Shown: positions 54,236 through 64,000 of the stretch, piece after piece
Layout of the letters: each line of letters starts with the position of its first letter
Numbering within the stretch: the first letter of the stretch is position 1
Assembly (NCBI RefSeq): GCF_009914755.1
Contig: NC_060944.1
From: the human T2T-CHM13v2.0 reference genome, Homo sapiens
DNA: 64,000 nucleotides
Direction: 5' to 3' (one strand)
Made by a program: the position numbers and the translations under genes
The notes under the pieces: generated by a model
What the model was told of the DNA's origin: nothing
The model's input: only the letters and a program-made list of their open reading frames with translations
The model's database searches: none

Positions 54236-56039
54236 GTCACTTCCCTCAATTTCTTCAAATTATTTATGTCACTTTGAAGGTAAAATCGCTCTTCTATACA
54301 TCATTTTTCCTTCAATCTCCACTTTTAATATCTGTCACTGGCAAACATAACAAGTATACTCTTTGTCCAGGTCGATAATGAGAATTTTTAAGCACTTTAT
54401 TAAATATGTATTGAGTGTTCCTCTATAATGGACACTCTACTATACATTTCTGCCTCATTTGTGAATGTATTCAATGGAATTACGCCACACACGTAGACTT
54501 CCAGGTCCTTGTGTCAAACTTACTTTCCTTGGCTTTGTGGGAGAACACATACTGTTATGAAGCTCACTTTACGGCAAATATTTCTTGAAAATACGAAACT
54601 GATAGATATATGTATGTAAGTTTTCTTCTTATATGTCTTTTACAAGCAATGAAGTTGTATATCTCCTTTAGTGTTTAATGTGTTTCATCAGATAATGCCC
54701 TAGAAGTTTTATCAAATTTTTCTGTCCACCTTTTGAAGGTGTATGAGAGTGAAAAAATGCAGTCTGCTGCTTCACTAATAAAACTAGGACAAACGCCATT
54801 GCAACTGAAATATGTGAAACACTTGGTTTTATTAATTTGAAGCGTTTTAAACCTCTAAATTTGGACTCAAGTAAAGATGCTTCATAGAAAAACTGAAACA
54901 TTTTTATTTGTTTATTTTTTAATCTTGATAACTTGTAATAGTTTACAGCCACAGTGGCAGCTTTTATATGTGTACATGCATTTAAAAACAGTTTCATAAA
55001 TAGCCATGTGGCAAAATATCTGCCTCTAGGCAAAAAAAAAAAAAAATCTTTGCCACTAAATGAACATCTTTAAGTAATACTGAAAATAGATGTGAAGTAA
55101 TTTTTTATCTAAAGTGACTGTAGCCTATATTAAGAGATATTCACTGTTACAATTCAAGTTTTGAAATCTTTGTTTTATAACTGAAAAATATGTCTTTTTC
55201 AAAAACACATTTTTACATTTATTGCTATTGTACATTCATTTGGCAGGAAACAGGGATGTTTGATGTCTTGCAATGATAAAACAATCATATTCAATAGAAA
55301 ATTATCTTACATTCTGCATGACTTTTGAACGTTCTATAATTACATAAGTGAAAAACCAATTTGTAGATATCTGAGTGAGTACAACCATTTAATAAATGTG
55401 AATAAAGCATTTCAGAACATTTTAATGTACACTGCATTTTCTGATAGTAAGATTTTAGGTTAAAATAAGATTATACTTTAAAAAGCTTACCATTTTGAAA
55501 AAAAATCATATCACTGTTGGCAATGCCTTTTTCATATTTGAGATGCTAGTCGAACATATTGCGTATCCATTTGTTTTTGTTTGATTTTACTGTTATTACA
55601 TTCATGTTAATACTAAAATACACACACACACAATTACTCAGGGTTTTTTTTTAATAAAAAGCCCAAAGAAAAATGCTGACAACATTGAGTTGAAATTTTG
55701 AAATTGGGTTTTATAATTCTGCCCACATAGCAAAAGCTGAAATGGTCTGTGAAGATGTAGTTTTTGAAAGAATGAAGCAAGTAGTAAAACCAACAAAACA
55801 AGTGAAAATTATACAAGGAAACACAATAGTAAGTTAACAAAGGAATTATATATAATACACTTTTTCTTCATGTTGACATGATTTATTCCTTTGTAATATT
55901 TTCCCATCTCTTATAAATAAATAAGCTTGCTTGTTAATACTTTGTCTAACTCTAATTTTTATTCTGTCACCAATGTCATTAATACTTTATTTTTCTTTAT
56001 TTCTCTTATAAAGTGACTTCTGAACTTCCTAGTTTGTTT

Positions 56040-56345
56040 AAACTATCGCAAGGTCAGAAAACCAAACACTGCATATTCTCACTCATAGGTGAGAATTAAA
56101 CAATGAGAATACTTGGACACAGGCAGGGGAACATCACACACTGGGACCTGTCATGGGGTGGGGGCTGGAGGAGGGAGAGCATTAGGAGAAATACTTAATG
56201 TAAATGACAAGTTAATGGGTGCAGCAAACCAACACAGCACATGTATACATATGTAACAAACCTGCACGTTGTGCACCTATACCCTAGAACTTAAAGTATA
56301 ATAAAAATAAATAAATACATAAATAAAATAAAATAAATAAAAAAT
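56040..56345 (+). mobile_element. L1PA 3' end
   Basis: aaactatcgcaagg...gcattaggagaaatac...agaacttaaagtataataaaaataaa. Confidence 0.92.
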
Positions 56346-56491
56346 AAATACAAACATATTAATCATAAATAAATGAAATATCTGATAATCTCATTATGTC
56401 TGGTAGTAATGTCACCTCTGAGTATTTAAATATTCATCTATATATTCCTTTGCTAAATTTCCTTTTATTTCTCTTTTATATTAAACTTTTT

Positions 56492-57410
56492 TTTAGAGAG
56501 CACAAATCCAAAGCATCTTTTATGAATATAGAAAGGTCATATTTAGCAAAAGACACAAGGCAGGGAAGTGTCAGGCCTGAGGCCTGAGCCGTGCTGAGGG
56601 AGAAGGAGGCTCCGGACAAGTGGGAGAAGTGCTGGGAAGGGCCTAGTGGTGGGGGCCGCAGAAAGTTCCAGTGGGCGACACTGTTGGCAGGTCATGGGTG
56701 GGACTCACGGGGACCTTGCTGCTAACTCTTGTTGCGTTGGCAGGGTGGGGTGGGGAGGGAGGGTCCTTAGTGCTGCCACCTGGAGTGAGAAAAGCCCCTT
56801 GGTTCCTGGAGGGCACCCGTCAAGGGACACAGGACAGGAAGCCCAGGATGGTTAGTGCAACTAGGGATGAAGGCCAGGGAGAAGCAGGTGCTCTAGAATC
56901 CAGGCACAGAGGCCTAGGAGTTTCCTGTTAAGTGCCGGCGTTCCGCTCTGTCTCTGCCAGACATTATGACTAGGGATGGATGATACCTCTCTTCAGGCGC
57001 TCCGTGGCGCTCTTGCTGCTAGCATAGGTGGGCCGGATCCCTTTGCCCATCTCCCCTGTGACCAACAGCAGTTCCGCGTAGGTGCTCTGGGAGCCCTGGG
57101 CGCCAGGGGGTTTCATGGCCTGCACACAGCCGATGGTAGGCGGTCCAAAGTCGTTAAACAGCGGTCTGAAAGAGGCAGCGGCTCCTGGCCCTGAGCCTGA
57201 CGGTGACGGGACGCTTCCTGTAGGGACCGGAGTGCCCGGCCCAGGGGTGCTGGAGCCGGGGGTGCTGCTGGGGGCAGTGGTGGTAGGTTTGTAGAACATC
57301 CCCAACTCCTGGGCGCTGGGGAAGCCAGCAGGCTGCTCTTCGGGGGTTAGCTGCGGGACCGCTCAGCAGCGATCTGATTGGCAAGCGGGCTGCACGCCCC
57401 CTGGTAAATC
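56492..57410 (-). pseudogene. CDK2AP2P: CDK2AP2 processed pseudogene with both UTRs and a 15-bp TSD; open frame 57299-56970 (109 aa)
   Basis: MFYKP..APSSTPGSSTPGPGTPVPTGSVPSPSGS...FRPLFNDFGPP...ERLKRGIIH; TSD tatattaaacttttt at 56477-56491 and 57411-57425, followed by aa (L1 endonuclease site). Confidence 0.97.
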
Positions 57411-57479
57411 TATATTAAACTTTTTAACTGCAATTTGTATTAATCTAAATACAGTTCAAATATTCTCCAAGAAAATTTC

Positions 57480-57670
57480 ACATTTGAGTTGAGACATCCT
57501 AAAATGTAAAATACACAATGGATTTCAAAGATTTCATATGAAAAAAGAATGCAAACTATCTCTAATAATTTTTATATTGATTACATATTGACCCAATATT
57601 TTGGATATATATTGGGTTAAATAAAATATACAATTTAAAAAAATTATGCTACATTTTTGTTAAAAAATTT
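57480..57670. mobile_element. MER33-like hAT-Charlie fragment
   Basis: gtaaaatacacaatggatttcaaagattt...tttttatattgattacat...gggttaaataaaatata. Confidence 0.7.
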
Positions 57671-57937
57671 AAATAAACTATATATGAAATTATTTCTTGG
57701 GATAGAAAAGGGGACATTATTAAATATTTACTTAAACTTTTTTCAAAAACATATCTTTAAAACACATTTTCAAACAAAACAAAAGTATTTTAATTTTGAA
57801 TAGGTAAAATAAACTTATTCTTGCTGAAATTCAACCATGGCATGATTTCTTTTTCACGCATTTGAGGACTCTGTTTATAACCGAGATACAAACATAAAAC
57901 TTTTGAAACTCTTCTAAGAATGTCTAACACAAATTAC

Positions 57938-58760
57938 CTGTATAGATATCACGGCACAGATGATGCTGAGGCCGGACAGACTGAAGAAGAACAGGCTGAA
58001 GATGCTGTACTCGCATAGCAGCTGGCCCCCAGGTTACCCACCCTTCATGTACGTGGCGATGGTCACCTGGCTCACCAGCAAAGTGAACAACAGGTCGGTG
58101 GCGGCCAGCCGCATAACAGTGAACAGAAGGTGGTCTCCTTCTGCTCCTTGCATGACTTGCACAGCACCACGATGGCCACCAGGTTGCCCACCACCCCGAA
58201 AATGGATGGTCCCAGGCTGTCCAGCAGATTGGGCTCCAGGCCAAGGACACATTGGCCTGGGAAGGTGTTAACATGACAGTGGCTGGTGGTATGCGGCCCT
58301 GGAGTGTGAAGCTGAGTCTGGGCATGGCAGAAGAGAGACAAAGCAACCACGAGTGAAATGACCACCTGCAGGGTGTTAGACCTGCACCCAGGAAATGGGA
58401 TGCTAACGTGACGGGAGGAATTCAATCCCACTCTCTGGATTGCAACCACTTACCAACGGCAGCCACCCAAATCCCCAGGCTCCCTCTGCTCCTGCCAGCA
58501 GCACACCCTTGCTGATCTTAATATTTATAAACTGAGCCTCCCATTCCTCTTCCTCCCCCCAACCTATCTCACTCCACTGACAAGACCCATCTCCAGGGAA
58601 AGGTATTTCCCTAGTATTATTCCCGACAGATTCTGAGTTAATAAAATGCACATTGAAACCTTGGAAGACAATTTGGAGAGTGCTCTCTTTACTCCTTGGC
58701 TCCCCTGGCAGCGCCCCATCTCCGTGCCCTCTACCCAATGGCCCACATCCCATGTCACGT
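57938..58760 (-). pseudogene. PTGER4P: PTGER4 (prostaglandin EP4 receptor) fragment covering TM1-TM3, ATG at 58274, with upstream intron-like sequence
   Basis: IFGVVGNLVAIVVLCKSCKEQKETTF; TDLLFTLLVSQVTIATYMKG; CEYS.F.LFFFSLSGLSIICA; frameshifted. The extent upstream of ~58340 is uncertain. Confidence 0.92.
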
Positions 58761-58794
58761 GTAGCGGCCCCAGTGGTGGGGCCTAAGATGATGG

Positions 58795-62741
<3,947 letters not shown>

Positions 62742-62743
62742 CG

Positions 62744-63020
62744 CCTGACCCTGACCCCTGACCCCTAACCCTCGACCCCTAACCCCTGACCCTAACCCTA
62801 ACCCTTAACCCTAACCCCTATCCCTAACCCTAACCCCTAACCCCAACCCTCACCCTCACCCTAACCCAACCCTAACCCCTAATCTCTAACCCCTAACTTC
62901 TCTTAACCCCTAACTCTAAACGTTGACTCCTAACCCCTAACTCTGACTCCAACCCCTATCTCCAACCCCTAACCCTAAACCCCTAACCCCTAACCCTAAC
63001 AAACAGCAACCTTAACCCTA
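62744..63020 (-). repeat. Interstitial telomeric sequence: degenerate (CCCTAA)n with CCCTGA, CCCCTAA and CCCTCA variants
   Basis: cctgaccctgacccctgacccctaaccc...ccctaaccctaac. Confidence 0.97.
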
Positions 63021-63725
63021 GGTTCGTTACTACGTTTGTATTGACTATGTCAATGTTGATTATTATGATCGTTGTCTTTGGACTGCACGGCAGCGAGGGG
63101 ATTGAGGGTCTTATATTAATATTTTTGTATTGAGGCAGTGCATTAGCATTACAGGTGCTTGTTACATGAGCAATGGGGGTGTCATATTTTGGGTGTCATT
63201 TCTGCATTAGGAATGCTGCATTTGTCTTCCGAGGCTGCGGTGTGGATCTCGCACTGCGGCCGCCTCGCCTTGGCTGGGGAGAACCTCGGTGGGCAGGATT
63301 CAGAGGGGCTTTTGGTTTCCCATTTTCCACACTGAACCCTTCTAACTGGTCTCTGACCCTGATTATTCAGGGCTGCAAACAGGAAGGATTTTATTCACCG
63401 TCTATGCGGCCCCGAGTTGTCCCAAAGCGAGGCAGTGCCCCCAAGGTCTGTGCTGAGGAGAACGCTGCTCTGCCTTCGTGGTGCCCCCGGGGTCTGTGCT
63501 GAGCAGAACGCAGCTCAGCCCTCGCGGTGCCCCCGGCCCGCCCGGGTCTGTGCTGAGGAGAACACTGCTCCGCCTTCGCTGTATCTCCGAAGTCTGTGCA
63601 GAGGAGAACTCAGCTCCGCCCTCGCGATGCTCTCCGGGTCTGTGCTGAGGAGAAAGCAGCTCTGGCCTCACAAAGGCGCAGAGAGGCGCCTAGCGCCGGC
63701 GCAGGCGCAGAGAGGCGCACAGCGG
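63021..63725. repeat. TAR1 subtelomeric repeat with five gtctgtgc(t/a)gag(g/c)agaa units (37-bp-type, 63445-63670) and ~2 copies of the 29-bp unit (63675-63722)
   Basis: gtctgtgctgaggagaac...; ggcgcagagaggcgcctagcgccggcgcaggcgcagagaggcgcac. Confidence 0.92.
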
Positions 63726-64000
63726 GGCAGGTGGCACCACCAGCGGGTCCCTCAGGCCTGGAGCGCACGCATTCCAGCGGCCACCCAGACCATGCTCCGC
63801 CGCCTGGGCGCCCAAGCTGCAGTCGCCCTCTGTGTGCAGGCAGCAGCTGCCTGGCAAACCCCGAGCCCACTCGCGCTGCCAGCATCGCAGAACCAGGGCC
63901 AGGTGTCCCAGTGGCTGTGTCCAAGCCAGGCATTCTGCCCGGCGGCGGCGGCTGCACAGGAGAGACAACTGAGAACCCGCCGCTCAACCCCACACGGGGT
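63400..64000. promoter_or_regulatory. CpG island made of TAR1 37/29-bp repeats plus a non-TAR1 GC-rich block; candidate TERRA-type promoter
   Basis: Dense CpG; the 29- and 37-bp repeats are known parts of human TERRA promoters. Activity at this copy is untested. Confidence 0.55.

Noticed and set aside
62744-63020. The chromosome 2q13 head-to-head fusion site, or a true chromosome end
   Set aside because: Only one short, degenerate, single-orientation array, with non-telomeric DNA on both sides.
63445-63670. CRISPR-like spaced direct repeats
   Set aside because: These are TAR1 subtelomeric tandem units in primate DNA, with no unique spacers or cas genes.

Overview
Human or great-ape DNA with no intact protein-coding gene. 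It reads as a pericentromeric segmental-duplication mosaic. From memory, the pseudogene set (GRAMD4P, GXYLT1P, CNN2P, MYO5BP, CDK2AP2P, PTGER4P, plus an interstitial telomere) matches the chromosome 9 pericentromeric duplicons; I cannot tell the exact paralog or species. In order: a 3.75-kb CAGGG/CCCTGG repeat; an L1MA; a GRAMD4 retrocopy; a GT-rich VNTR and a CpG-rich block; an AT-rich, repeat-laden stretch with possible + strand exons, a solo LTR6 and a U6 copy; head-to-head GXYLT1 and CNN2 retrocopies; a 5'-truncated MYO5B retrocopy inside an L2; a ~0.93-kb inverted duplication; a CDK2AP2 retrocopy; a PTGER4 fragment; and an L1PB broken off and joined to degenerate (CCCTAA)n followed by TAR1 subtelomeric repeats. 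The most interesting items are (1) the telomere/TAR1 junction, whose TERRA-type promoter elements point into a run of minus-strand pseudogenes, (2) the inverted duplication, which appears to have landed in a TA-rich microsatellite, and (3) the 336-codon open MYO5B cargo-tail frame. I found no strong evidence for a wholly new biological system; the functional ideas are hypotheses. Coordinates were counted by eye, and protein and repeat identities come from recalled sequences, not database searches.
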